From positions 62,001-126,000 of IMG/VR virus record IMGVR_UViG_3300033984_000473: a stretch of 64,000 bases of DNA. The stretch is one strand, 5' to 3'. The position numbers and the translations under genes were made by a program. The notes under the pieces are model-generated. The model did no database searches. It worked only from the letters and a program-made list of their open reading frames with translations, and was not told where the DNA came from. Shown in pieces: positions 9,472 through 19,348 of this stretch (positions are counted from its first letter, which is position 1; each line of letters begins with the position of its first letter).

Positions 9472-10026
9472 TTATTCTGCCGCCCACCCAAAGAAAACGA
9501 ACTCGCCCGAACTTTCCGTAGTTGCTGACTTGTAGCGTATTGTTGCCACCGAACTACCACCACCTACAATACGTTTTTCTAAATGAATACGTGTAGTTTT
9601 TTTGGTTTTTTCAGTATGACTTCTTGCAATCTTAACCGCATCGCCTTTGGTTTTTTTCGCCCCTACTTCGTTGTCGTCCCAATCGGTTACAACATAAACA
9701 AGTTCCCATTTTTTTGTACCTTTGGTTACAATGTGGTCAACTTGGCTCTTAACCTTATTCTCATTGGCTTTAGGTTCTTTGGTACAAATACCCCACGCAT
9801 CGTCCCATTTTGAGCAATGATTTTCGATAGCATCATTGATAAATTCAGATAGTGATTTGCCACTTGCTTTGAATTTTTTAGTAGCATCAAAAACGCCACG
9901 TGTTGTACTAATTGTGCCATTGTAGGTATCGTTGCCGTATTCCTCAATTGCATCGCTTACTGCCTCTTTGTATGCCTCTTGCATACTAAATCCTTTTTGT
10001 CTTTGACTGAAACTTGATGCTCCCAT
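9472..10026 (-). CDS. hypothetical phage protein
   Basis: 184 aa; own promoter. Confidence 0.85.
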   Translation of the reverse strand: MGASSFSQRQKGFSMQEAYKEAVSDAIEEYGNDTYNGTISTTRGVFDATKKFKASGKSLSEFINDAIENHCSKWDDAWGICTKEPKANENKVKSQVDHIVTKGTKKWELVYVVTDWDDNEVGAKKTKGDAVKIARSHTEKTKKTTRIHLEKRIVGGGSSVATIRYKSATTESSGEFVFFGWAAE

Positions 10027-10105
10027 AATATGTGTGTGTTTTAATTAGAGTACAAATATAAGAATAAAAAATAAGACTACCAAATAAATGATAGTCTTTT
10101 TTTAA

Positions 10106-10423
10106 TTATTTTATTTCGTCTAGGATTGCTTGGCATTCCTCGTTAAACCTTTCAGAATTTCCATATAGGTAATCGTTGGTGCTGATAGAGGATAAGATAA
10201 ACTCATCGTCAATACTCATCAATTCCTTTAAATCGTCTTTCATTAATTGCTTATCTGACGTTTTACATTCACTTATCCACATAAAAAGATTGTCGATAAG
10301 AGTTTCTCGGTCTTCAATTCTATATCCTACAAGTTCCTCGTTGAATATTTCGCTAGGTATTCTATTACTATTGATATAGAAATTATCCCCTACTTCCTCG
10401 ATAACATATTTTGCTACGCTCAT
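10106..10423 (-). CDS. hypothetical acidic protein
   Basis: Start corrected to MSVAK. Confidence 0.75.
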   Translation of the reverse strand: MSVAKYVIEEVGDNFYINSNRIPSEIFNEELVGYRIEDRETLIDNLFMWISECKTSDKQLMKDDLKELMSIDDEFILSSISTNDYLYGNSERFNEECQAILDEIK

Positions 10424-10483
10424 AATGTGTGTTAATTGATTAGAGTACAAATATAGTGATAATAATTGACACTACCAAATTTT

Positions 10484-10804
10484 TTAGTATCTTTTTTCGC
10501 TCCTAATAAATTCGCCTACCAAAGTAAACTGATTATCTGACAAACTGCTATATTGTGCGGTAAGATAGCTTTTATACTTGTCATAGATTGATATTGACGT
10601 ATGTGGGTTAATTGATGCTACAAAGATATAACTCATACATATATCCTCGTAAGAGCTTCTAATTTTACTACTACCAAAACGACCATTTAAAATATCTCGT
10701 ATAAGTGGGTGATTTTCGTGTAGTTTAATTTCATTCAACTCAAATGGTAATGTTGGTAAAACTCTCGGTTTAAGTGTTTCTTTTGCAAATGTGTGTAAGC
10801 TCAT
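10484..10804 (-). CDS. hypothetical protein
   Basis: Own promoter. Confidence 0.7.
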   Translation of the reverse strand: MSLHTFAKETLKPRVLPTLPFELNEIKLHENHPLIRDILNGRFGSSKIRSSYEDICMSYIFVASINPHTSISIYDKYKSYLTAQYSSLSDNQFTLVGEFIRSEKRY

Positions 10805-10904
10805 AATATGTGTGTTTTAATTGATAGTACAAATATAGGATAAAGTTTTTTAATATCCTAATAAATTTGTAGTTATTTTATTTGTTTATTAATTTTCTTT
10901 TGTC

Positions 10905-10975
10905 TATCTTTGTAGTGTTGAAAGAGCAACGGGTCATGACAAATGAAAGAGTAGACTCCGACACGCCTATATGCC
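10905..10975 (+). ncRNA. AGTAGACTCC-family element, copy 5
   Basis: Core 10949-10959; hairpin TCAT(GACAA)ATGA. Confidence 0.6.
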
Positions 10976-11000
10976 ACGTGAACCCCAAACAAAAAAAACC

Positions 11001-11198
11001 CTAGTAAGGGTTTCTTGGTGTGTGTGTTTTGCCTGTGGTTATATCCACCCACTTTTGTTTTGATTCTTTTTTGGCTAGAGCTTCAACGCTTTTGATTTTG
11101 TCTTCTCCAGCTTGGGTTGCTTCAGCGTGTGTGTGACCGCATTTGATAGCGAAGTTGTAAGCTGATTTTCTTAAGATTTCTTGGACTCTTGCATTCAT
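11001..11198 (-). CDS. hypothetical protein
   Basis: Own promoter. Confidence 0.75.
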   Translation of the reverse strand: MNARVQEILRKSAYNFAIKCGHTHAEATQAGEDKIKSVEALAKKESKQKWVDITTGKTHTPRNPY

Positions 11199-11307
11199 AG
11201 TGTTTGTGTTTTAATTGGTTACTCATTTTCAACAGTACAAATATAGGTATAAAAAAATAACCTACCAAATAAATGATAGGTTATTTTTAAATTATTTTCA
11301 ATTTTTT

Positions 11308-11826
11308 TTAGATATTCAGCGTGAGCCCCAGTGTTCCTTGATTAAACGTATCGTAACCTAAATTGACATTTAACTTGTCGCTTAACTTATACCCGACATA
11401 TCCACCATATAAAAACTCATAATTTGTGGGCGACTTGCTTTCGTGTACCACGCTTATCGGTGTAGTTGTTACATACCTATTATAATTCGCATCGTTGCAT
11501 ATTCCACCCCTCAACCCTAAAATGATTTTATTTATTTTCTTGCCGACCAATAGATAAAATGCTTGGTTCTTGGTTCGATAACTATCGACATACGTGTAGT
11601 TATTTGCACCGACATTGCTTTGTGCTTCATTCCCTACATACCGACTATACCCAACTCCTACTATGGTGTTGTTTGTGGTTTTGGTTAATTCAGCACCGAG
11701 TGTGTTTGCCGTTCCGTACTGAAACGTAACATCAGTTGAATTTTGCTTGACCTTTGAACATTGTGCGTAGCTTGTTGCCGAGAACAAAAACGCCAATAAC
11801 ATAAACATTCCGAGAATTTTCTTCAT
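11308..11826 (-). CDS. putative outer-membrane beta-barrel protein
   Basis: Signal peptide (..ATSYA), alternating aromatic/hydrophobic strands (VGVGYSRY, YGGYVGYKL, LNVNLGY). Confidence 0.6.
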   Translation of the reverse strand: MKKILGMFMLLAFLFSATSYAQCSKVKQNSTDVTFQYGTANTLGAELTKTTNNTIVGVGYSRYVGNEAQSNVGANNYTYVDSYRTKNQAFYLLVGKKINKIILGLRGGICNDANYNRYVTTTPISVVHESKSPTNYEFLYGGYVGYKLSDKLNVNLGYDTFNQGTLGLTLNI

Positions 11827-11904
11827 AACTTAAAAAGATTTAATTATTAATGATTAGAGAACAAAGGTAGTTTTTTTAATTGATACTACCAAACAATTTA
11901 ACAT

Positions 11905-12234
11905 TTATTTTATTGCTAATAATTCAGCCAATTTGTCTGTGGCTTTTGAACTATGACCGCCAATGTGCCAATTTGTGATTTTGGTTTTTGCTAAACCCCT
12001 TGCACCATTGTAATTTTTACCATTTTTCCAATTGTATATGGTTGCAATTGTGCCATCTTCAAATTCGATTTCCCATTCAGCATCTACCTTGTAGCCATCG
12101 CCATCAGTAGGTTGTCCAAACATTGCTTTTAATTTTGCATAGGTTGTTTGGATTTCGCCTTGCAAGTGAGTACCACAAGCATCAATACTTTTTGTGTTGT
12201 GAGTGTGAAACGGAATTGTGATTTCTTTTGACAT
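11905..12234 (-). CDS. hypothetical phage protein
   Basis: Own promoter. Confidence 0.8.
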   Translation of the reverse strand: MSKEITIPFHTHNTKSIDACGTHLQGEIQTTYAKLKAMFGQPTDGDGYKVDAEWEIEFEDGTIATIYNWKNGKNYNGARGLAKTKITNWHIGGHSSKATDKLAELLAIK

Positions 12235-12305
12235 ATTTTCTATGTGTTAATTGATTAGAGTACAAATATAAGAATTAGTTTTGACATATCCTAATAATTT
12301 TCAAT

Positions 12306-12467
12306 TTATTTTTTTGCTAATAAAGTACCAAATGCGTATCCACCGATACCACACATTAAATAAGATATTAATACCATTGGTGTATTATAAAAAAATTGTA
12401 TTGATAATATTCCAAAGATTACTAATAACGATAATAGAGCAAGTGTTTTCTTTCCAAGGTTTGACAT
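12306..12467 (-). CDS. small two-helix membrane protein (53 aa, absent from ORF track)
   Basis: MSNLGKKTLALLSLLVIFGILSIQFF...; own promoter. Confidence 0.55.
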   Translation of the reverse strand: MSNLGKKTLALLSLLVIFGILSIQFFYNTPMVLISYLMCGIGGYAFGTLLAKK

Positions 12468-12531
12468 AATATGTGTGTTAATTGATTAGAGTACAAATAT
12501 AGTGATTAGTTTTGATATAACCTAATTTATT

Positions 12532-12900
12532 TTAATTTATTTTTGAATAATACCAATTAATTATTTTGTAGATAGTTTCAGCATTAACCAATAAATTAAT
12601 CATTGGCTTATCGTGTCCGTACTTGGCACTTTCCCATTCTTTGGTTTTGTGTTGATTATAGATTTCAGCCAACAAAGTTTCTTTCGGATTGTCATTCATT
12701 AACAATTCAACGTTAAACATATCAGTTTTGTCGCTTGGTGTAATGTATAGACATTTTGCCCAATCAAATAGGTTTCTGTTTGTCTTAATGATTACTACCA
12801 TTTCTTTGATAATATCAGCATCATCAAGTGTAGGTGTAAGTTTTTTAGTTACCTTTGCAACTTTTTTATTCCAACCTAAAATATTTGATAATTGTTCCAT
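12532..12900 (-). CDS. hypothetical protein
   Basis: Own promoter. Confidence 0.75.
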   Translation of the reverse strand: MEQLSNILGWNKKVAKVTKKLTPTLDDADIIKEMVVIIKTNRNLFDWAKCLYITPSDKTDMFNVELLMNDNPKETLLAEIYNQHKTKEWESAKYGHDKPMINLLVNAETIYKIINWYYSKIN

Positions 12901-12954
12901 GATGTGTGTTTTAATTAGAGTACAAATATAGTGATAATAATTTACACTACCAAA

Positions 12955-13158
12955 TTAATAACTAACTAATTTGCAATATTCTCTTAATTCAGCCAAAGGG
13001 ATTCGAGTACCCCTAAATGAATAGTAGCCTTGACGCTCAAAACGTTTTGCCCATTCAATAAACCCTTGTTCAGCTTTTTCAGCACTTGCAAAATCTTTGT
13101 CCATATACATTCCAATTCCATCGGGACTTAAAATATCGTAACGTTTTTTCTTTGACAT
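12955..13158 (-). CDS. hypothetical protein
   Basis: Own promoter. Confidence 0.75.
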   Translation of the reverse strand: MSKKKRYDILSPDGIGMYMDKDFASAEKAEQGFIEWAKRFERQGYYSFRGTRIPLAELREYCKLVSY

Positions 13159-13210
13159 AATATGTGTGTTTTAATTAGAGTACAAATATAAGGATTAGTT
13201 TTGATATATC

Positions 13211-13366
13211 CTAATAATTCTCTAGGTTTTTTTTAAATTCTTTTCGGCTGTACGTTTTCTTGCTTGTGTGTACTCTATGACGTGAGAAATTCATTCCCAA
13301 TTCAATTTGTAATTCACGTTCAATTTTACGTGCATTTTTGATAATTTGTGTTTGTGTAAGTTTCAT
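13211..13366 (-). CDS. small basic protein (51 aa, absent from ORF track)
   Basis: MKLTQTQIIKNARKIERELQIELG...HTSKKTYSRK. Confidence 0.65.
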   Translation of the reverse strand: MKLTQTQIIKNARKIERELQIELGMNFSRHRVHTSKKTYSRKEFKKNLENY

Positions 13367-13465
13367 TATATGTGTCATTTAATTAGAGTACAAATATAGA
13401 ATAAAAAAATTACAATTCCTAATAAAAAAGTGATTATTTTATTAGGTTATTAAAAAACTTTTTTC

Positions 13466-13540
13466 TATCTTTGTAGTGTTGAAAGAGCAACGGGTCACGG
13501 CAAGTGAGAGAGTAGACTCCGTCACACCCTATACTCACTT
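13466..13540 (+). ncRNA. AGTAGACTCC-family element, copy 6
   Basis: Core 13510-13520. Confidence 0.6.
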
Positions 13541-13594
13541 CAAGCCAAAAACAAAAAAAACCCTAATAGGGTTTTTAGTTCCAGATAGTTTTAC

Positions 13595-13921
13595 CTATCT
13601 TTGCATTCTGCCAAGTTGCTCACACTCGTACAAAAGCTCCGACTGGAACAAATCGCTGTCCAAAGCAATTGGTTCGCTAAAAACCAGCTCATGCTCGACA
13701 TACGTGTAACGTGCGTACTCGTTCGACTGCTTAGCCAAAAGCGTAGCAATCGCTTTCAAGCATTCAGCCTCAGCGTACATAAAGCTGTCGCTGTCGACTC
13801 GAAGCGTAAACACTTGACCACCTTTCGGTTTCCAAGCCTGTGGGCACTCGCCTTGACCGTCCCAGCTGTGTGCTCCGTAGTTCTCGTGATATTGTGCCGT
13901 AATGTTAAGTAATGTATTCAT
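13595..13921 (-). CDS. hypothetical phage protein
   Basis: Own promoter; higher GC than neighbours. Confidence 0.75.
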   Translation of the reverse strand: MNTLLNITAQYHENYGAHSWDGQGECPQAWKPKGGQVFTLRVDSDSFMYAEAECLKAIATLLAKQSNEYARYTYVEHELVFSEPIALDSDLFQSELLYECEQLGRMQR

Positions 13922-14099
13922 AATATGTGTGTGTTAATTGGTTACTAATTCAACACTGCAAAGATAGACAAATTTTTGATACTACCAAACTTTTTAGCAA
14001 TTATTTTTAAATTATTTTTTTTTTATTTTTTTACCTAAAAAATTTGCATATATCAAATATTATCGTATCTTTGCACTCTAATCAATTAATACACACATT

Positions 14100-14342
14100 A
14101 TGAGTACTCAAAGAAGTTTGAATGTTATTGCAAGTGAAATCAGAAGCGACTGGAAATCAGTAAACTACGGTGCAAAGCCTTACTTAGATGCAATGGGCTG
14201 TTTAACTAATGTATCGGATAATTTCGGTATGGATACTGGAAAGTCAATTGTGCTGTACTTCCTGTCGAATGCTAGTACATGGTGGGGCGAAACTGCCAAG
14301 CGTGTCAAAGCTGAATTAAAGAAAATGGTGGGGCTGAAATAG
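14100..14342 (+). CDS. hypothetical phage protein
   Basis: Plus-strand promoter at 14066-14073 and terminator AGCCC..GGGCT. Confidence 0.8.
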   Translation: MSTQRSLNVIASEIRSDWKSVNYGAKPYLDAMGCLTNVSDNFGMDTGKSIVLYFLSNASTWWGETAKRVKAELKKMVGLK

Positions 14343-14376
14343 CCCCTTTTTTTTATCTTATCTAAAAAAATTTATC

Positions 14377-14574
14377 ATGGCAAAATTTACCTGTGAAGAA
14401 TGTCTTCAAGAAAAAGATAGCTTCCACGAATCACTGGAAAAAAATAATATGTGTGATGACTGCTTCAACGAGCTATCACAAGCGGACGAGGGCTACAACC
14501 AATGGTGCGGTTGCTGTCAAATGTTTTCTCATATAACTGATAGCAATCCATACGGTACGTGTCAATGTAGTTAA
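14377..14574 (+). CDS. small Cys-rich (Zn-binding?) protein
   Basis: CEEC, CDDC, CGCC, CQC. Confidence 0.55.
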   Translation: MAKFTCEECLQEKDSFHESLEKNNMCDDCFNELSQADEGYNQWCGCCQMFSHITDSNPYGTCQCS

Positions 14575-14875
14575 TGTACACTTATGTGTAATATACCCAG
14601 CCCTAGACTAGCCTCTAGGGTTTTCCTGTTATATATCCTGTTCGCATAACACTACACAATCCGTAGTAGAACGCAAATCAAATATAGCTCATATAAGCCA
14701 CGTTCTCCCTGTGGGTGGCACTAGGCGACCCTATGTACACAAATGTGTATGTGTGGGGCTCTATACATGCGAAAAGGCCGCCTCATAAGAGACAGCCATT
14801 CGTTTTGAGGAACCACCCTCGTTTGTTTGCAAGCCATGCAACAATTTTCCGCTGGCCCATTGCTGGACCATTTTG

Positions 14876-15003
14876 TGTAAGAGACAGGGGTCGAACCTGT
14901 ACAAGAATCAAGCGGGCTACCCCTTTATTAAGGTTTTCGGGATTATGATTATTCCCTACTTATTATGCACAACCACTGCGTTTGCCAATTTCGCCACTCG
15001 AAC
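14876..15003 (-). tRNA. tRNA-like RNA with expanded anticodon region (128 nt)
   Basis: D-arm GCGAAATTGGCAAACGC, T-arm ACAGG-TTCGACC-CCTGT, imperfect acceptor, insert with two hairpins; no assignable anticodon. Confidence 0.55.
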
Positions 15004-15076
15004 ATGTCCACTTTATCAGATAGAGGCAAACTGGCTTTGTGCAATTAAGGGGGCACGATATGCTTACAACCACTTG

Positions 15077-15149
15077 TGGAACCGACAGGACTCGAACCTG
15101 TGACGTACTACGATGAAGCAGCTGCTCTAACCAACTGAGCTACAGAACC
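15077..15149 (-). tRNA. atypical tRNA-Met(CAT)-like / pseudo-tRNA
   Basis: Canonical D and T arms; 6-nt loop TTCATC; two T-T mismatches in acceptor. Confidence 0.6.
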
Positions 15150-15267
15150 ATTTGTTGATGACACAGTTATAACCTAATGCTCTTCACATTCGGTGGAGTG
15201 ACTTATGTGCTCCTTTCTCATCAACAGTACAAAGGTAGGAAATATAATTGACACTACCAAATGTTTT

Positions 15268-15546
15268 TTACTTTATTTTTCTATGTTCATCAATTTGTTC
15301 TGAAGCTATATCTGAATTGGCATAAAAGCTCATGTTATATACTGCCTGTGTTACTGGATGCAGCCTATGTCTGAAGCTGTGGATAACTTTATCCTTCTCC
15401 TTGAGGCTACCCATATATTGCCAAGCTTCTCCTTCGTTGAGAGCTTCTTTAGGATTTTCCAGCCCTTCGTTAACTGGATGTGTTGCCACCTTCTCCCACA
15501 TGGAAATCCATTCGGGGCTGTCTTCTTTTATTAGTAATAATTCCAT
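15268..15546 (-). CDS. hypothetical protein
   Basis: 92-aa ORF with promoter. Confidence 0.7.
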   Translation of the reverse strand: MELLLIKEDSPEWISMWEKVATHPVNEGLENPKEALNEGEAWQYMGSLKEKDKVIHSFRHRLHPVTQAVYNMSFYANSDIASEQIDEHRKIK

Positions 15547-15582
15547 AGTACAAAGATACTAATAAAAAAAGAAATATCCAAA

Positions 15583-15888
15583 TTAATTGGATATTCTTTT
15601 TTCAGTTTGAATTTGCTCGGCTTCCCACATTTCAGCCAACATAAGGATTTCTTCAAGAATGTCTTTGTCCAAGTCTTCGTAACTTATATAGTCTTCGTCA
15701 ACTACTGTTTCGTGAACATAGGTCAAAGCTGTTACTTTGTGTTCTCCAAACTCTTCTAACAACTGGTGCGTATCTTTGCCCAATGAAGCAATACAAGGAC
15801 TGCTATCGGCTTCAACATCGGCTGTGGTAAAACTACCAAACTTAACAATGATTTTGTTAATGTTTTTAATTACTGTTCTTTTTTGCAT
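15583..15888 (-). CDS. hypothetical acidic protein
   Basis: Own promoter. Confidence 0.75.
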   Translation of the reverse strand: MQKRTVIKNINKIIVKFGSFTTADVEADSSPCIASLGKDTHQLLEEFGEHKVTALTYVHETVVDEDYISYEDLDKDILEEILMLAEMWEAEQIQTEKRISN

Positions 15889-15947
15889 GACTACTGTGTT
15901 TTAATTAGAGTACAAATATAATGAATTAAATCTACACTACCAAACAA

Positions 15948-16181
15948 TTATCGAATTATTTTTAAATATAAATCAGTTCGTGTGTTACCACCATATCGGG
16001 GCATAAGGCTACCGTTTTTTCTCCAAGTGGCTACAACGTATCCACCGTGTAATGTTTCTTTGCCAACAACAGGGCATTTAACCAAACCACGAATAACATT
16101 ATCCAATGGCAACCAAGTTAAATCTTTGACAGCATATCCGTCAACCGTTTCAGTTATCTGTATTAATTGTTCTTTTTCCAT
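15948..16181 (-). CDS. hypothetical protein
   Basis: Own promoter. Confidence 0.7.
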   Translation of the reverse strand: MEKEQLIQITETVDGYAVKDLTWLPLDNVIRGLVKCPVVGKETLHGGYVVATWRKNGSLMPRYGGNTRTDLYLKIIR

Positions 16182-16278
16182 GTTGCAAATATATAACTTT
16201 TATTTTAATCTACCAAATTATTTAACATAAAAAAGTTGGATAATTTCTTACCCAACCTTTCCACCAATTAAAACATCT

Positions 16279-16914
16279 TTAATCCTCAATCAAGTCAAAG
16301 ATAAACTTTTCGTAACCTATTGGTTCTGCATCACTTACAGAAATCAAATCTCTAGCCCATAAACCAATCAATGAACTTTCGCCTCTGAAATCTCCACCGC
16401 CTCTGCCGTTGCCCTCGCAAGTCAAAATAGGTAGTGGGTGCAATTGCCAACCGTCATTAAATTTTGGTATTTTGCGTTTATCAACATAACATTTTTTGGT
16501 ATGGTTGATAATAAAACGATATTCTTTTCTTCTTGCTTTAGGAATGATTTTTGTATCATCATCACATAAACCGTAAAGGTTAACTTCTTCCTCAACATCT
16601 ACAAGGTATTTAATACCGTTCAATTCTTTTTCTTCTTTTACCGTAATTTTTTGGTCGGGTTCGTTATCTGCATAATCTCCAGCCCATACAACCCTTTGCG
16701 GATTATCAGCAATAAGCGTTTCAAATGCGTTAACAAAATTGTTTCGTCTGTACGAGTGTTCCATTAGTTTAAGTCCGTTACCCATACTAATTTTTGTACC
16801 GTCATCACGTTTCCACGTAGTCTTAATGTCGTGGGAATAAACCCAATTTACAACTTTCTCAATTTGTTTTTTTACCTTTGGTGCAAGGATAATTCCATGA
16901 TAATACTGTCCCAT
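16279..16914 (-). CDS. hypothetical phage protein
   Basis: 211 aa; own promoter. Confidence 0.85.
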   Translation of the reverse strand: MGQYYHGIILAPKVKKQIEKVVNWVYSHDIKTTWKRDDGTKISMGNGLKLMEHSYRRNNFVNAFETLIADNPQRVVWAGDYADNEPDQKITVKEEKELNGIKYLVDVEEEVNLYGLCDDDTKIIPKARRKEYRFIINHTKKCYVDKRKIPKFNDGWQLHPLPILTCEGNGRGGGDFRGESSLIGLWARDLISVSDAEPIGYEKFIFDLIED

Positions 16915-17007
16915 TTTTTGTGTTTTAATTGTTATTAATTTTCTTTAGCAAAGATAAGAATAATAATCTACACTACCAAATATAATGTAGATTATTTTCA
17001 TTTTATT

Positions 17008-17304
17008 TTACCAATCGTTTTGGTTGAAAGTGGTTTTGGTTTTAATCCAATCCATAACTTGCCCCGCATAATAGCTAGTAGTTAAGTCAAATAGAAACCA
17101 ATCCAATTGTCTTTCAGCTTCACTGCTACTGGTAGATACTTCAAGTCTATTCCACTCTTTAGCGTTTGACTGGTTACTACCTTTGCTACTACCTTGTGAG
17201 AAATCCCACTCTTTAGCAATAATGGTTACTTTGGTTTTACTTGCTTCAACGGTAATAACTCCACCTTTGCAATACTCTCCGATTTTAAATGTTTTACTTG
17301 CCAT
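17008..17304 (-). CDS. hypothetical phage protein
   Basis: Start corrected to MASK. Confidence 0.8.
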   Translation of the reverse strand: MASKTFKIGEYCKGGVITVEASKTKVTIIAKEWDFSQGSSKGSNQSNAKEWNRLEVSTSSSEAERQLDWFLFDLTTSYYAGQVMDWIKTKTTFNQNDW

Positions 17305-17365
17305 GTTTTCTAGTGTTTTAATTAGAGTACAAATATAAGGATAATAAATGAATATACCAAATAAT

Positions 17366-17644
17366 TTATAAAATAATTTCAATAAAAATACCTATCATAA
17401 AAATATCGCCAATGGTTACAACATCTTCGGGTGTTATTCTACCTAAACGATATGCAAGTATTTCTTTTCTATACTTTTCAGCAATTGTTTCAAAGTCGCC
17501 ATCTAATTTGTACTTAAAGGTTCTGTTACCTTTATTCTCTTTTGCAATGAACGTTCCAGTTTCGTTATTATACCACACATCAAACGTGTTACCGTTAGAT
17601 AAGTTTTCGTGCAATTCAATATCAGTTAAGATAAGTTCTAACAT
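17366..17644 (-). CDS. hypothetical protein
   Basis: Own promoter. Confidence 0.7.
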   Translation of the reverse strand: MLELILTDIELHENLSNGNTFDVWYNNETGTFIAKENKGNRTFKYKLDGDFETIAEKYRKEILAYRLGRITPEDVVTIGDIFMIGIFIEIIL

Positions 17645-17702
17645 AATTTCTTTGTGTTTTAATTAGAGTACAAATATAAGAATAATAAATGAATATACCA
17701 AA

Positions 17703-18212
17703 TTAAATTGGTATATTCGTATTAAATATTTCTTCGTTAGGTAACATTCTGCTTTTTACAGCCAAAACTAGACTTTTGATACTAGCCTCACTTAACACAC
17801 TCAACTTGATACCACCTACAAACCCCATGTGTTTATAAGTATCTCCGTTAGGTACACCCCAAACAACTTGTGTTTCCATAATTTTCTGCATCTTTTTATC
17901 TGCTTTGGCTTGTGCTTTGGCATCAGCAATTTTGCTAACAGCATCATCAATCCAACTTTCAAGGCTAGACTTAAATTCATAATCCTTGCCACCAACAGTA
18001 GCAAAAGTGCTAGGTAGTGTAAGTGCGAACGCTTCGGCTTTGGCTAAGGCTTCTCTTTGGTTTTCGTAAGCGTTGCACCATGTACAGCCACCGTGTCCGT
18101 CATTTTCTGCATAAGCAATTTTTTTACCGTCAGCAAATAGGTCGGCTTTGAACATTAGCGTTTCTTCACTAAACGCTTCATTGATTTTGACATTCTTTAA
18201 TTCTAATTTCAT
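17703..18212 (-). CDS. hypothetical phage protein
   Basis: Own promoter. Confidence 0.8.
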   Translation of the reverse strand: MKLELKNVKINEAFSEETLMFKADLFADGKKIAYAENDGHGGCTWCNAYENQREALAKAEAFALTLPSTFATVGGKDYEFKSSLESWIDDAVSKIADAKAQAKADKKMQKIMETQVVWGVPNGDTYKHMGFVGGIKLSVLSEASIKSLVLAVKSRMLPNEEIFNTNIPI

Positions 18213-18296
18213 AGTGTATATGTTTTAATTACAGTGCAAATATAAAACAAAAAATCCACACTACCAAATATAATGTGGATTATTTTTAAATTATTT

Positions 18297-18548
18297 TTAT
18301 TGCCAACCTTGTGTAATGATTTTTAGTTTACCATTTATCAAAGCCCAGTGTTCAAACCATTCGCCCCACTCGCCTCGTCTACTACGGTAAACACTTATAT
18401 ATGGTTCGTTGGTTACACCTAAAACTCTATGTAGATTTTTCTTTAATTCTCTATACGTTTTATACGTTTCTCGAACATACATAGAATTACGTCTACGTTG
18501 GTAATAGTCATCTATTGAATCGTTGGTAGTGTAAAGTATTGTAGCCAT
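18297..18548 (-). CDS. hypothetical protein
   Basis: Coupled to upstream ORF. Confidence 0.7.
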   Translation of the reverse strand: MATILYTTNDSIDDYYQRRRNSMYVRETYKTYRELKKNLHRVLGVTNEPYISVYRSRRGEWGEWFEHWALINGKLKIITQGWQ

Positions 18549-18549
18549 A

Positions 18550-18768
18550 TTACAGTACTGAAAGTGTTACTACTTCATCTAGGTATTGTGGCTTCACTTC
18601 AATTTTTTCTGTGTAGGTATCAGAAAAATCAGTAGTAATACCCATTCCAGTATTGGCTTCATTTTTGATAGCCCTAGCAATGTTACTTGCAATTTCCAGA
18701 ATATCGTTGTCATCGTTGATAGCACTCTCAAATGTAAGAGTAACGCTAAAGGTAAGTTTTTTGCTCAT
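18550..18768 (-). CDS. hypothetical protein
   Basis: Own promoter. Confidence 0.75.
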   Translation of the reverse strand: MSKKLTFSVTLTFESAINDDNDILEIASNIARAIKNEANTGMGITTDFSDTYTEKIEVKPQYLDEVVTLSVL

Positions 18769-18786
18769 AAGTTCTATGTGTTTTAA

Positions 18787-19050
18787 TTAGAGTACAAATA
18801 TAAGATTAAAATTCCTAACTTCCAAATTATTTGCAAGAATATATTTTTTTATTTCATCTTTATTTAAAAACTTTAATTTGTCATCAAGGTACAGCCTGTT
18901 TTCAGCAAAGCTCTCCATTACATTACAATCCCAGTATTTGATATGGTAAATTAATTTACCGTTAACAATATCAGATACCAAAAACCAAAAGTTATCGCCC
19001 TCAAAAAGCTCAACATTGTCATGACTTATATAAACTGCTTTATCTTCCAT
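18787..19050 (-). CDS. hypothetical protein
   Basis: Start corrected to MEDK. Confidence 0.6.
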   Translation of the reverse strand: MEDKAVYISHDNVELFEGDNFWFLVSDIVNGKLIYHIKYWDCNVMESFAENRLYLDDKLKFLNKDEIKKYILANNLEVRNFNLIFVL

Positions 19051-19052
19051 AA

Positions 19053-19292
19053 CTATAAATGTGTTAAACTTCCACAACCCATACACTCAATGTAAGGCTT
19101 TCCACCCTGTGAAACAGCACAGCTTTCCTGTGGCAATAATATCCATTTGTTCCCACCACATTCGCCACACTTGGCTTCTTCACTTCCCATTCTTTCAGTC
19201 ATGGTCATTCCATGATTTTTATGGTAAACGTGTTCAAGTACATCGCCTTTGACTTCCTGTAATACAGCTTGATAAAATTTAGGTTTTGACAT
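19053..19292 (-). CDS. zinc-ribbon protein
   Basis: CGEC...CMGC; own promoter. Confidence 0.7.
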   Translation of the reverse strand: MSKPKFYQAVLQEVKGDVLEHVYHKNHGMTMTERMGSEEAKCGECGGNKWILLPQESCAVSQGGKPYIECMGCGSLTHL

Positions 19293-19348
19293 AACTACTG
19301 TGTTTTAATTAGAGTACAAATATAGTGAATAGTTTTTACACTACCAAA

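Noticed and set aside
14715-15103. ORFs 14715-14948 and 14873-15103, likewise 58420-58662 and 58816-59010
   Set aside because: Overlap tRNA-like genes on the opposite or same strand; better explained as non-coding
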